From positions 1-58,440 of the IMG/VR virus record IMGVR_UViG_3300009506_000035: a stretch of DNA of 58,440 bases; one strand, 5' to 3'. Shown piece by piece: positions 38,555 to 48,484 of the stretch (its first letter is position 1; every line of letters begins with the position of its first letter). Origin of the DNA: a virus (taxonomy: Duplodnaviria > Caudoviricetes). The notes beneath the pieces were generated by a model that was given only the letters and a program-made list of their open reading frames with translations, was not told the DNA's origin and made no database searches. The position numbers and the translations under genes were made by a program.

Positions 38555-41500
38555 GTGTCCTCTTTCCCTGCCCCATCCCACCTGCCAGCTTGGCTGAATT
38601 CGTAAGCGGTGGGGTAGCCGGGCTGTCCGTACTCAAACGTGTCTGCGCGTTGCAGCAATTCCTGCAGTGCGGCGGTTTGCTGCTTACGGTCCACTCCGGG
38701 TGCGTTGAGTGGACCTCCAGAGTACCCTTCTTCCAGGAGATTAAGGGATCCACGAAACTTCGAGATCATCCTTTCTGCCTCGGCTTTAGTGGCGAAGTCA
38801 TAGCCCGCACTAGCCCAAGCATACCCACCGACGTCAATATCGGCTTGCAGCGTGATCGCGTACACGCCCGACTGCCGGTACCAGCTGATGAGATGGCTGT
38901 TGAAGTTGTTAGAGAACCCGCTGCCCTGCACCTGCGGGTGAAGCGCTAGGTAAGAATGGAACGCAGTCAATTTGCCGTCCACGTTCCGGTAGTACCTAGC
39001 AAACGCGCCCACCGCAGCACCATCCGCAGTGTGGATGGTGCCCTCCACGGCCATGTCCGTACGTATGCCGTCGCCGCGTGCCACTTCGGTGATGGTGGTA
39101 GTCAATCCGCCGAATTCGCCTTCAAAGATCGGTCGGGCCAGCCGGCGTAAATCGGAGTCGGTTTTAGCCTTGAACAGTTCACCAACTGGCGGCAACGTGT
39201 CATTTTTGCTGCGGCGCTCTCTCGCAATCGCGCCGACACTGTCATACAGCGCCTTACGCATCTCCTGTTCGGTGGCGCCCCGACGTACCGTCACGCCGGG
39301 TCGGGCACGGATTGCATCCTGCAGTTGCCGCCGACTGAAGGATGCTAGTGGGTCATCTTCTTCTGTTCCGTTCGCCCAGTCGTTGAGCAGCATCGATATG
39401 CGCAGGCTAGCCGATGGCTTGCGTGCTGCAGGTCGATGGCTAGCCGGGGCGGCGGCCCCACGTGCGCGTAGTCGCCGCAGAAGAGCATCGCGTGACAGCT
39501 GCCTATGATCCGAGATCATGTATTCTGCCGCAAGATCGTGAAGCTGGTGATCTTTGAGTCGGTCTAGATCATCAGTCGGCGATACACCACCGCGCGACGC
39601 GTGACTCACCAAGACACGCGCAATCTCCTTGTCCGGTGTACCACGCGCGACGCGTACATTGTGCCGTCGCGCGGCGGCAAGGAGGTGACGCCGCTCGACA
39701 CCGTGCAGCGGGTCAGGCGTGCCTTTACCTGCGGCGGCAAGCTCCAGCGCGCGGTCGATTGCCGACCGGATCGATCGGAACTGGCCACCGTGCGCGTCAC
39801 CGGCTGGCAGGCGTGGATGCAGTGCCGGGTTCCATGCACGTTTTTCGATGGGTGATGTTTGGTGCCACTCACCGGGCGCAGTGTCGATCGCGTCCAGCAT
39901 CGCATCGAGACTGGCGATCAGTTCCGGGCGTACCGCCGGATTACCGTCAAGGTGCGCGGGTACCCACCACGCCAACGATTCGACCTGGTCGCCGTCTGGG
40001 TCGTCGGGGTTGGTTACGTCGTCCCGCTCGCCCGTGATGTCGACGTTGTCTTCAGCTGGGACGGAGTAGACATAGCCGCGGTATTTGCCATTAGCAGATC
40101 TCCACTTTCCGGTGTATTTCCCGGCGGGCAGTTCAATGCCAGTTTCTTCCTGCCACTCGCGAACTGCGGCGTCCTTGGGTTTCTCGTCGTCTTCGAGACG
40201 TCCACCTGGAAATTCCCAGTAGCCTGAGGCCGGATCGTTGTCGTCAACTGCACGTTGCAGCATGAGGATCCGGCCAGTGTCGGCGGCACGGACCGCGATC
40301 CCGGCAGCAACCGCCGTCTTGGCTGATTTGTTTGCTGGGTCGCTTCCCCGGTGGACCTGAAACAGGTGCGTCTTGTCCCATGGTCCGCCATTTGAGTCCA
40401 CAAACCCGATGTAGGCAGGAACAGGTCGCCCCAGCTTGCGGTATGCCAGGGTACGGTGGTGCCCATCAATGATTTTGACGGTACTCTCGCCCGGTTCCTG
40501 CACAGCGACCACGGGATTTGGAGGGTCATCCGCCTGGATGCGGTCGGCGAAATGCTGCACGTGCGCCTTGTCGCGTGTTGCGGCCCACGATTGGATTGCG
40601 GCATCGTTGATGTCGTCCTGCGCGACCGCTGTGGGCCCGACCCAGTGCACGCGACGCATCCACTCGATGGCCTTCGGGGGGTAGTTGACTCGCATTTGCG
40701 CCATGACGTGCTCGGCGTCGACTGGACTTGGATCGTCCAGGCCAGACGCGCCTTTAGTGGCTGTAGCGTTCCCTCCTGCGAGCCAGCGCCGCAACGCCCC
40801 AGCTCCACGCGTGATCGCGGCGAGGACGTCCTGCAGCAGTCCCATCAGATAGCCGCGTTGCCGTTCAGCCTTCTGTGTGGCCAGCTGGTGCAACGCGGCG
40901 TCAATGCGTGCGGGGCTGCCTGTCTGGACTGCGGCAACAACCGCCTGCGTGGCTGGATCTACCGGTTTTGTAACCACCACAGTCGAAATAGGCACATGTA
41001 GATACGAGAGAGTGCAGCGGCAACGAGGACCCCCACGGCAGATCGTGGCGTGTTCGCCAAACCCTCCGTCGCCAGGGTATCCAGGTAGCTCGCCGACGGT
41101 GAACACAATTCCGTCGCGCTGGTCGCACAATTCACACGCGCCCGGTTTGGCGTTCCAACGGATGGCGATGCTGTCCGGGTTGTCGGCTTGGCCGATCGTT
41201 GCCAGCCCGTAGCCTTGCTCGTAGGCCAACGAGACTTGGCCGGCATACAGCCCAAAACGTCCCCCCAGGTTATCGACAAACGACGGGCCGGTGCTCGTGC
41301 CCGCTTTCAGCGCCTTGGCTGGTCCGTCTGTTAGCGCGTGGCGTACTCCGATGGCCAGCCCGTCTCGAATGGCGTCACGCATCAACGTGACACCGCCGTC
41401 CACAAAGTCCGCTGTTGACACTGCACCCGCGGCAAGGCGCAGTGTGAGATCGCGCAATTCGGTCTTGACCTGCTGTTCCAGGTGTGCGATTGCTTTGGCG

Positions 41501-44421
41501 CGGCGTTGCCGTTGTGTCCCTGCTGGCGAGTCGGACTTGGTGAGGTGCGTTGTTGCTGCCTTGTCGAGCCCTGCCGCGGAGGAAAGAGCAGACAGGAAGG
41601 GACCCCACTGGGTGTAGTTGGGGCCGCCAAGCACGATCGGGTCTTTGCCGGCAACACGGAACGTGGTTTCTTCGTCCTCGCCGACAACCGTCACCGTCGC
41701 GTCGCCGAGGCTGGTCGAAACCGTACGCGACTCAACCACTCCTGATGTGCGCAGGTCGCGCCCTTCTTCTTCAGTCAGGTCAGACCACGCATCATAGAGG
41801 CCTCGTGCATCTTTGACGCTCAGGCGCCACTCATCGCTGCCGTTGGGGTGGATAACGACAAGGCGGCCGTCACGGTAAACGTCAACGGGTCCACTCTGGA
41901 CGTTGACCCGCTCTGCGATGAGATCCTGTGCCGTTTCCGCCAAAACACCAAGCTGATGGGCCGTCATGGTTGCGATGGGCGCGGAATCGATAAACTCTTC
42001 GTACGTCTCGTGTTTGTCGTCGTCCCACTGGTGTAACGACAGTGACGTCCTACCTGAGTTGTCGGAAGACTCTCCGATGACCTTAATGCCCAGTAGCGGG
42101 TCACGCGCTACGCTGACAACCCGCCCAGTAGCGTCTCGGTTTTCAACGCTGCGGAAAACGGTGTGACTCTCACCAGTTGGTAGTACATCTGCCTGGTAAG
42201 AGGTGCGGCGTAACTGCTCCAGCTCTCTCCGATCCATTCGGATCGGGCGTCCATGTGGGAAGGTCAGCGTGCGGGATTCGTCGTCGTGGGCGGTGATGGT
42301 GATGTCGTGGCCACCGAATCTGACCAACCTATGGAAGATTGCAGATGGGTCGTGTGTCCACCGACCGTGATCGTCGCGTGGCTGTGTCGGATCGAATCGC
42401 TTCACTGCGGCGCGTGCGTGGTCTATCTCGACCAGCGTCGGATTTGTGATCAGACCAGCGAAGACGTCGGCGGGTACATGCTCGGGTGTCCAGTTCTGGA
42501 TGCTGCGGCCTTTGGCGATGCGTCGGCGCATCAAGTCCAGTTCCCGCAGAGCGGCGTGTATGGCGACTGGTTGCTGTACGGCTTTGGTCTGATGCTGGAC
42601 GGTGCTGTTTGTGCGTGTCGCGTGGCTGGCGGATAACGCTGTCTGTGCGCCTGAGTGTGCTGGTGTGCTTGTCGCGTTGGGTGGTGGTGGGGTGGGAGGC
42701 TTTGGTTGTGGCGGTTCTCCGGAAGGTGGTGGGCTTGGTGTGGTCCCTGGAGGTGTTCCTGGCTGTTCTGGCGGTGGGGGACGGTGCCCGGTCTCGGAGT
42801 CGATCGAGCCGATTGGGACAACACCGCCGGCGGTGAAGTAGACCGGAACTGAGGTGATCGGTAGTCCCCAAGACTGTTCGCCACGAGCATTGCGCGCTTC
42901 GTCAATCGACATAAGCCCATGACCCACTTGGGTGACGAGCATGTCGACATTGGCGCGTTCGTCCTCGTCCTGTTCGAGGCCTTCCCACATCCACCGAGCG
43001 TCTCGCTGGCCGCAGATTTCCTGAATCACGAAATCGAAAATGGACGATTTTAGCCAGGTCAGGAGCGGTTTCAGCGCTTTACGTTCGTTGATCGTTTCCG
43101 CCTGTTTGGCCATCTGATTCGCCGCCCCAGCAGAATGCCCAGACGTCGACGCGCGCGGAGTGATGCCCAGCTCCTGCGGCTGGATATCAAACGCCATGCA
43201 TACCTGGTTCATCAGCAGCTCGTCAAGCTGGTCCGCTAGCGGCACAGGACGTATCGGGTCAATCCGCGAATCCTTCGGCAACACGATGATCTTATGTTTC
43301 CACGCTGGATCGCCCGCCATCGCGTTAAGCGCATCTTGCAATTGCCGCAGCTGTGTCGGCGTAGCGTTTGGGTCACCCGCCGAGATGAAAATCCCTGGAA
43401 CGGACCCCTCGCTGAAGTAGTTAAGCTGATATTGCTGACGTTGAATGCCGCTCAGAATGGGCACCAACGCACGCTCGATCGGCGGGAACCCGTACGGCGT
43501 CCACGACCTAGTGACATAGGGCAAGTACATCATCTGATCGCCGCGATACCGGGCCACCAGATTGTCGCCCATATCCTCGATGTCGTCGCCCGACAGTGCG
43601 GTCATCAAATCGACGCGAGGCACACCAAAGTTGTAGACCTGAAACGCTGGGTTTGGTGGCGTGGGAATGCTGCCCTGCATGTCCAGCAACGGGCGGACCG
43701 TGTCACCTGCAACTAGGCACAGCGCGGCCAGATTCGAGCCAAGCACACCCTTGCCTTTGACCCGCGGCGGCTGCATATACAGCGCGAGCGCGTCCACCAC
43801 GAGAATGTCCTCGAGCAACGCCGCCAACCATGCGCCGAAATTGTGGTACTTGCCGGGGTCGGGCCGGTTAAAAAACCGCTGCAGCTTGACACGACGCTCG
43901 TCGAAATCCCTACGTGCCGCCTTGTCGCCTTGCATGGCCTTTTCGGCGTCTTTCGTTGGGACGATCTCCCAATCCAGGCCGACGATCTCCTGGATACGGG
44001 TCTGCACACATGCACGGGCAACACTGTACGAATCAGCGATTGTCCGCAGTTGAGAAAAGCTGGCGAGCTTCAGACCCTCGTCGCCGGGCACACCGTGCGG
44101 CAGGTTCCATGACACGGGGTAGGTGTAGCGGCGCGGCTGCGGTCCCTCCCCTTCGGACTCGGGTGCGTCAATCGGAATCGGCAGCATCGGCGACAGCGGG
44201 CCGAACGATCCAGACAGGAACGTTTGCCAGTCACGCGGCAGTGCATACCGGCCAGTCTGCGCCAACCGGCCACCCGCCCACTCGTTGTAGGACGCGACCA
44301 GCGGAGACGGACCCCCGCCTACGGCGGGCATGAGTGCGCCTCCGAATCCGCCTGGACCAGCCTGTCCTGCTGGTGTGTTAGCGCGAAGGACTGCCTTTGC
44401 GAGTGCCCGTCTGCTAGTCAT
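38497..44421 (-). CDS. Portal protein fused to MuF, ParB-like, Nudix and GNAT-like domains
   Basis: Portal (YGFPPIE, YFSEGSVP, AFDIQPQELG, SIDEAR); CELC..CRGGPRCRC (MuF); IIDGHHR; GGRLEDDEKPKDAAVREWQEETG Nudix box; QVQGSG..VGGYAWA..GYDF. Confidence 0.88.
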   Translation of the reverse strand: MTSRRALAKAVLRANTPAGQAGPGGFGGALMPAVGGGPSPLVASYNEWAGGRLAQTGRYALPRDWQTFLSGSFGPLSPMLPIPIDAPESEGEGPQPRRYTYPVSWNLPHGVPGDEGLKLASFSQLRTIADSYSVARACVQTRIQEIVGLDWEIVPTKDAEKAMQGDKAARRDFDERRVKLQRFFNRPDPGKYHNFGAWLAALLEDILVVDALALYMQPPRVKGKGVLGSNLAALCLVAGDTVRPLLDMQGSIPTPPNPAFQVYNFGVPRVDLMTALSGDDIEDMGDNLVARYRGDQMMYLPYVTRSWTPYGFPPIERALVPILSGIQRQQYQLNYFSEGSVPGIFISAGDPNATPTQLRQLQDALNAMAGDPAWKHKIIVLPKDSRIDPIRPVPLADQLDELLMNQVCMAFDIQPQELGITPRASTSGHSAGAANQMAKQAETINERKALKPLLTWLKSSIFDFVIQEICGQRDARWMWEGLEQDEDERANVDMLVTQVGHGLMSIDEARNARGEQSWGLPITSVPVYFTAGGVVPIGSIDSETGHRPPPPEQPGTPPGTTPSPPPSGEPPQPKPPTPPPPNATSTPAHSGAQTALSASHATRTNSTVQHQTKAVQQPVAIHAALRELDLMRRRIAKGRSIQNWTPEHVPADVFAGLITNPTLVEIDHARAAVKRFDPTQPRDDHGRWTHDPSAIFHRLVRFGGHDITITAHDDESRTLTFPHGRPIRMDRRELEQLRRTSYQADVLPTGESHTVFRSVENRDATGRVVSVARDPLLGIKVIGESSDNSGRTSLSLHQWDDDKHETYEEFIDSAPIATMTAHQLGVLAETAQDLIAERVNVQSGPVDVYRDGRLVVIHPNGSDEWRLSVKDARGLYDAWSDLTEEEGRDLRTSGVVESRTVSTSLGDATVTVVGEDEETTFRVAGKDPIVLGGPNYTQWGPFLSALSSAAGLDKAATTHLTKSDSPAGTQRQRRAKAIAHLEQQVKTELRDLTLRLAAGAVSTADFVDGGVTLMRDAIRDGLAIGVRHALTDGPAKALKAGTSTGPSFVDNLGGRFGLYAGQVSLAYEQGYGLATIGQADNPDSIAIRWNAKPGACELCDQRDGIVFTVGELPGYPGDGGFGEHATICRGGPRCRCTLSYLHVPISTVVVTKPVDPATQAVVAAVQTGSPARIDAALHQLATQKAERQRGYLMGLLQDVLAAITRGAGALRRWLAGGNATATKGASGLDDPSPVDAEHVMAQMRVNYPPKAIEWMRRVHWVGPTAVAQDDINDAAIQSWAATRDKAHVQHFADRIQADDPPNPVVAVQEPGESTVKIIDGHHRTLAYRKLGRPVPAYIGFVDSNGGPWDKTHLFQVHRGSDPANKSAKTAVAAGIAVRAADTGRILMLQRAVDDNDPASGYWEFPGGRLEDDEKPKDAAVREWQEETGIELPAGKYTGKWRSANGKYRGYVYSVPAEDNVDITGERDDVTNPDDPDGDQVESLAWWVPAHLDGNPAVRPELIASLDAMLDAIDTAPGEWHQTSPIEKRAWNPALHPRLPAGDAHGGQFRSIRSAIDRALELAAAGKGTPDPLHGVERRHLLAAARRHNVRVARGTPDKEIARVLVSHASRGGVSPTDDLDRLKDHQLHDLAAEYMISDHRQLSRDALLRRLRARGAAAPASHRPAARKPSASLRISMLLNDWANGTEEDDPLASFSRRQLQDAIRARPGVTVRRGATEQEMRKALYDSVGAIARERRSKNDTLPPVGELFKAKTDSDLRRLARPIFEGEFGGLTTTITEVARGDGIRTDMAVEGTIHTADGAAVGAFARYYRNVDGKLTAFHSYLALHPQVQGSGFSNNFNSHLISWYRQSGVYAITLQADIDVGGYAWASAGYDFATKAEAERMISKFRGSLNLLEEGYSGGPLNAPGVDRKQQTAALQELLQRADTFEYGQPGYPTAYEFSQAGRWDGAGKEDTWIGKMLMMRSNWKGVYRL

Positions 44422-44668
44422 GCGTCCGGTTGCCTGCCTCCTCCTGCTCAGTGTCTTCAGCGTCAAGGGCTTCGGGCCAGATCACGTGGCTTTCCGACCA
44501 CCTACCATCGGGCCAGAATTCGACCTCGGCGAGTTCGCCGTTTGGGTGCCACGCCATGCGGCGTACACGAGGACATGCTCGTGCATGACGTCCACCGCAG
44601 TGCGCGCATGCGGGGACGTCTGCGAGTTTGGCGAGCACGTCGGCGGGAATCTCATCGATGTCCATCAC
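44414..44668 (-). CDS. Small Zn-binding protein
   Basis: CAHCGG.H.RACPRV; coupled to both terL and portal. Confidence 0.7.
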   Translation of the reverse strand: MMDIDEIPADVLAKLADVPACAHCGGRHARACPRVRRMAWHPNGELAEVEFWPDGRWSESHVIWPEALDAEDTEQEEAGNRTHD

Positions 44669-46245
44669 GCGACCTCGCTGTGTCCGCCATTATGTGGCTT
44701 GCGGCAGTGCGGGCAGTGAGTCGGATGCAATGCGGCCAGAAGCGGTGCCGAGCAGTGCTCACATGTCACAACGCCGTAGGTCTCAGTCCACCCGCCGGAC
44801 TGCGGCCACAGTGCCATGACCACTGCGTCCCCGTCGTCGGTGGACCGGCCGATCCGTTTATGGATTTCGTCTTTCGATTCGACCTGTATCTTCCCACCGC
44901 TCAGTACGCGCCAGTGCGGTGCGGTCAGATCGCCAGTGAGCAGATCGTTGGGGGGGAGTGCGATGTTTTCGCCGTTGGTCGGGTCGAGCAGTTCCCGCAC
45001 ATGCCACCATGCCGCGCTGCGGCAGTTCGAGAATCCCATTTCACCTGATCGGTCGCGCCGCGATGTGCGCGCCGACGCGTTGAATCCATCGACTTCGATG
45101 TTTTGCTCGCGTAGCCGGTCAACCACTCCTGCGCCGATGCCGATCACGTCTACCACTGCCTGCGCCTGGGGCATACTGTCCACAATGCTCTTTACTCGGC
45201 CCGTTGTTTGCATCGTGTCGGCTTTTGACGTGTGTCGCAGGTCCGTGACAACCGATCCGGTGCGGATCGCCAGGACCGTCTTGTCGGCGCCTGTGCGGGC
45301 CACGTCCACGCCAACAATGCGTAGCCCATCAACTGCCGGCCGTCCGGCTTCGTCCCACGCCCTCCACCGCTCATTTGCCTCCTCCACCCAGGCGAGCGGG
45401 ATGACACCGTCTTCGTCGCTTGAGTGAAACTCGCCTTCGACGCGGTTGTGGTAGACAGCGGAGTCTCCCCACTGTTCACGGCGTTTTTCGCACCATTCAC
45501 GACTGATACGTCCGGCACAGATGGCCTCACCTTTGGTGACGTGCCGAGGCCACCAGTCATCGAGCCCGGGCGCTCTACGGTGGATGTCGTAGAAGCGTCC
45601 GTTTGGCTCGCCGGGGGTGGACATTGCCAGCGCGTATGCCTCATTTTCGTCACCAGTCCCGGCACCGGAAAACGCGCCTTCAGCGGCGTCGAACGTCTCG
45701 GCTGAGATGGCTTTCGATTCATCGAACACATACATGACAGAGTCGGCATGTGCGCCTTCGATCAGTTCGGGGTTATCGGAGGCGACCGCGAACGCAGATC
45801 CATGGCGGAGCTTGATGTTGAGGGTGAGGAGTTCGGTGCGGGTGTCGAGTGGTTCGCGTCCGAGCATGGTCCAGCGGATCAGCCGCGCCCACTTGTGGAT
45901 CTCCGGCCAGAGGTAGCGCTCCAGCTGTCGCCACGCGCCAGCGGTTGTGACGCACTTCCAGTCCCGCATCGCCGCTTCGCGCGTCAGCGCGAACCACAGG
46001 ATGGCTATGGCCGAGGTCGTGGATTTCCCGAGCCCGTGCGGACCGCGGACGGAGACCCGGCGGCGTGTGGGGATCGCGGCGAGAATCTCACGCTGGTATG
46101 GGGCGAGCATCCTGCCGGCAGGCCATGCGATGCATTGGTCGGCGAACAGTACGGGGTCGTTGTAGTACCGCACGCCTTGACGTGCGGTATCGGCCGGCGG
46201 GTCGAGCCGGTCAGCCAGAGATGAGGCGAAGGTGTCGGGCAACAC
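44665..46245 (-). CDS. terL: Terminase large subunit
   Basis: Walker A GPHGLGKS, Walker B VFDES, STP, nuclease GVDVAR and STDDGDA. Confidence 0.95.
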   Translation of the reverse strand: MLPDTFASSLADRLDPPADTARQGVRYYNDPVLFADQCIAWPAGRMLAPYQREILAAIPTRRRVSVRGPHGLGKSTTSAIAILWFALTREAAMRDWKCVTTAGAWRQLERYLWPEIHKWARLIRWTMLGREPLDTRTELLTLNIKLRHGSAFAVASDNPELIEGAHADSVMYVFDESKAISAETFDAAEGAFSGAGTGDENEAYALAMSTPGEPNGRFYDIHRRAPGLDDWWPRHVTKGEAICAGRISREWCEKRREQWGDSAVYHNRVEGEFHSSDEDGVIPLAWVEEANERWRAWDEAGRPAVDGLRIVGVDVARTGADKTVLAIRTGSVVTDLRHTSKADTMQTTGRVKSIVDSMPQAQAVVDVIGIGAGVVDRLREQNIEVDGFNASARTSRRDRSGEMGFSNCRSAAWWHVRELLDPTNGENIALPPNDLLTGDLTAPHWRVLSGGKIQVESKDEIHKRIGRSTDDGDAVVMALWPQSGGWTETYGVVTCEHCSAPLLAALHPTHCPHCRKPHNGGHSEVA

Positions 46246-46801
46246 CGATGCGCGCCTCCTGTTGTTGGACGGCGTCCATGCCCTGCTCTGCCATCCAAGC
46301 GGACAGTGCCCTGGTCATCAGGTCGAGTTGCGACTCGGACACGCGCACAAGCCGCTCGTCAATGTTAAGCTTCGCGATGGCGATCAAAATCTGTGCACAC
46401 CGGTCGAGCGCGCGCTCAAATAGGACGATTTCGCCTCGGATGGCTTCGCCGCCATCTGTGCCGTATCGCATCGTGGTGAGTTGGGAAACGGCTTCGTGAC
46501 ACACCTGTTTCCATGCCCGTGTTTCGCCGGCGAGCGCCTGCAGTTCGGCGAGGGGGTTCTCGATTGGGACGACCTTCAGCGCACCGAGTGTTTTCCGCAT
46601 TTTGTCCTCGGCTACCCGATTGGCCACCGCAGCCAACGAGCGCGGCGCCCGGCCGCCGTGGGATGCGCAGACTTGCTGGCCGGTCATCGGCATACTGTGA
46701 CACTGTCCGCCTGATTGTGCCTTAGCGTGTGCTTTGCACCGCTTCGGGTCATGTATCGCATTGCATTTCGGACAAATCTCAGTCTCTGCGGATCCGGCCA
46801 C
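46211..46801 (-). CDS. terS: Terminase small subunit
   Basis: C...C....C.SHGG motif; immediately upstream of terL. Confidence 0.75.
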   Translation of the reverse strand: MAGSAETEICPKCNAIHDPKRCKAHAKAQSGGQCHSMPMTGQQVCASHGGRAPRSLAAVANRVAEDKMRKTLGALKVVPIENPLAELQALAGETRAWKQVCHEAVSQLTTMRYGTDGGEAIRGEIVLFERALDRCAQILIAIAKLNIDERLVRVSESQLDLMTRALSAWMAEQGMDAVQQQEARIGVARHLRLISG

Positions 46802-46888
46802 GACGCACCCCTCTCTGTCAACCTGGTGTGAGGCACCCGCCCCCTGACAATTACTGAACTTGAGGGCGGGAGTAGGAGACTCCCAGGT

Positions 46889-47200
46889 ATGACGAGCAAG
46901 GCGACCCCGTCCGGTCTAGCGCCGAGGTCCGGTGGCTCCTCTGGCGCCTCGTCCTCGACGCGGGCTGCGGCCGGGTCCGGTGTGGACGGGACTGCTCCTG
47001 GTCGACCGGAGCGGCCGGACCCGGAGGTGCCCGAGCGGGCGCGTCGGCGTACGTTCACCGCGAAGTACAAGCTGGACATCCTCGCTGCTTATGACGCTGC
47101 GGCGGAGGGTGAGAAGGGTGCGCTGCTGCGTCGTGAGGGCTTGTACTCCAGCCATATCACCGAGTGGCGTCGCGCCCGTGACGCCGGCGGCTTGGCCGCG
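46889..47200 (+). pseudogene. IS3-family OrfA, truncated
   Basis: DPEVPERARRRTFTAKYKL...GALLRREGLYSSHITEWR, after which similarity is lost. Confidence 0.85.
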
Positions 47201-47360
47201 TTTCGGAACACTCGGGATATGCAGGCCATCGCTGGGCAGGTCGGAGCCACTGCGTTCGACGTTGGCCCAGCTGGCGTGGGCTTCCCTGCCTCCTTCACCG
47301 CCGACCGCTACCCCGAAGATGGCGGTGGCGAATCGGAGCCGCCGTGGCATCCGCCCCAAA

Positions 47361-48419
47361 TTCGGGTTCACCGCGTTGGACAACGGGTTCGCCGCTTGTG
47401 AGGACCCGCGCCGATTGCAGGGCATCTGTGACCGGCTGTCGGCGGCGAAGATCGACGCTCTGCTGCGCAAATGGCTGCGCCGCCTGCCGCACCCGTTCAC
47501 CCGCGCCGACCGGGCTGCCGGCTACCGCTACGACGTGTCGATCCTGCAGGCGGAGTTCTCGTTGACGCAGGTGCTCGACCGGCCGGTCACCGGGCGGATC
47601 TTTTTCGAACAGGTCATCTGCGACAACCTCGACCTCGCCACGCCCGGACTGGGTCGGGCTGATCTTCGATAGGCGCATCATCACCCGGGGAAAGAACAAA
47701 ACGCCCGGTCGGTTCCGTACCCGGGTAATCACCGCGGGGGTGACCCCGAGTCTGCACATCGACGACAAGACCAGCAAGATCAAGCAGTATCACAAGTTCG
47801 ACCAAGCCCTACATACTTAGACAACCATCAATGACAGTCGCGACTTCGGTATCGGAAAGCGACTGGTGAACCTGCCCGCACTGCGGCAGGTCGACTTCAC
47901 CGCCAACCGACGGCTGCTGGCCGTCCAACGTCTCAGCCACGACCCCACCATCGGCGCCGACGCGATCGACGCCCTGACCAGCCCCACCATCACCGACACC
48001 GGCAACCGCATACCGGCCCTACCGTTCAACTCACACCGCACCCAAGCACTGCTCGCCGCCCTGGTCATCTTCAGACTGCTGCCCAACGGGTTTCGCAACC
48101 GCGACCTACGCGCCCACCTCACCCCCCCTGCTCGGGCATCCCCGCCGAGACCATGACCCCAGGACAGCTCAGCTACGATCTACGCCGCCTGCGCCACCAC
48201 GGACTCGTGCAACGCATCGAAGGAACCCGCCGCTACGCCGTCACCGACTACGGTCTTCACCTCGCCCTGTTCCTCACCCGCTCCCATACCCGACTGCTGC
48301 GCCCAGGACTGAGCGACATCCTCGACACCGCAGCCATGCCTACACCGATCCGCCGCCACCTCACCCGCCTGACCACCGCAGTCGACGACTACGCAAAAGG
48401 TCTGGGACTTGCCGCATGA
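47361..48419 (+). pseudogene. Degenerate transposase-like gene with C-terminal wHTH (non-IS3)
   Basis: ALDNGF..QAEFSLTQV..KIKQYHK..TTIND..GFRNRDLR..SYDLRRLR spread over several frames with stops. Confidence 0.7.
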
Positions 48420-48484
48420 AAACCTGACTCAGCAAGACAAGTTGGAGAACCCAAGACCTCTAGCCAAGGTATCGTGCTGATCCA

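Noticed and set aside
46889-47672. 170-aa and 246-aa ORFs as intact transposases
   Set aside because: Chimeric read-through across the junction of two truncated elements
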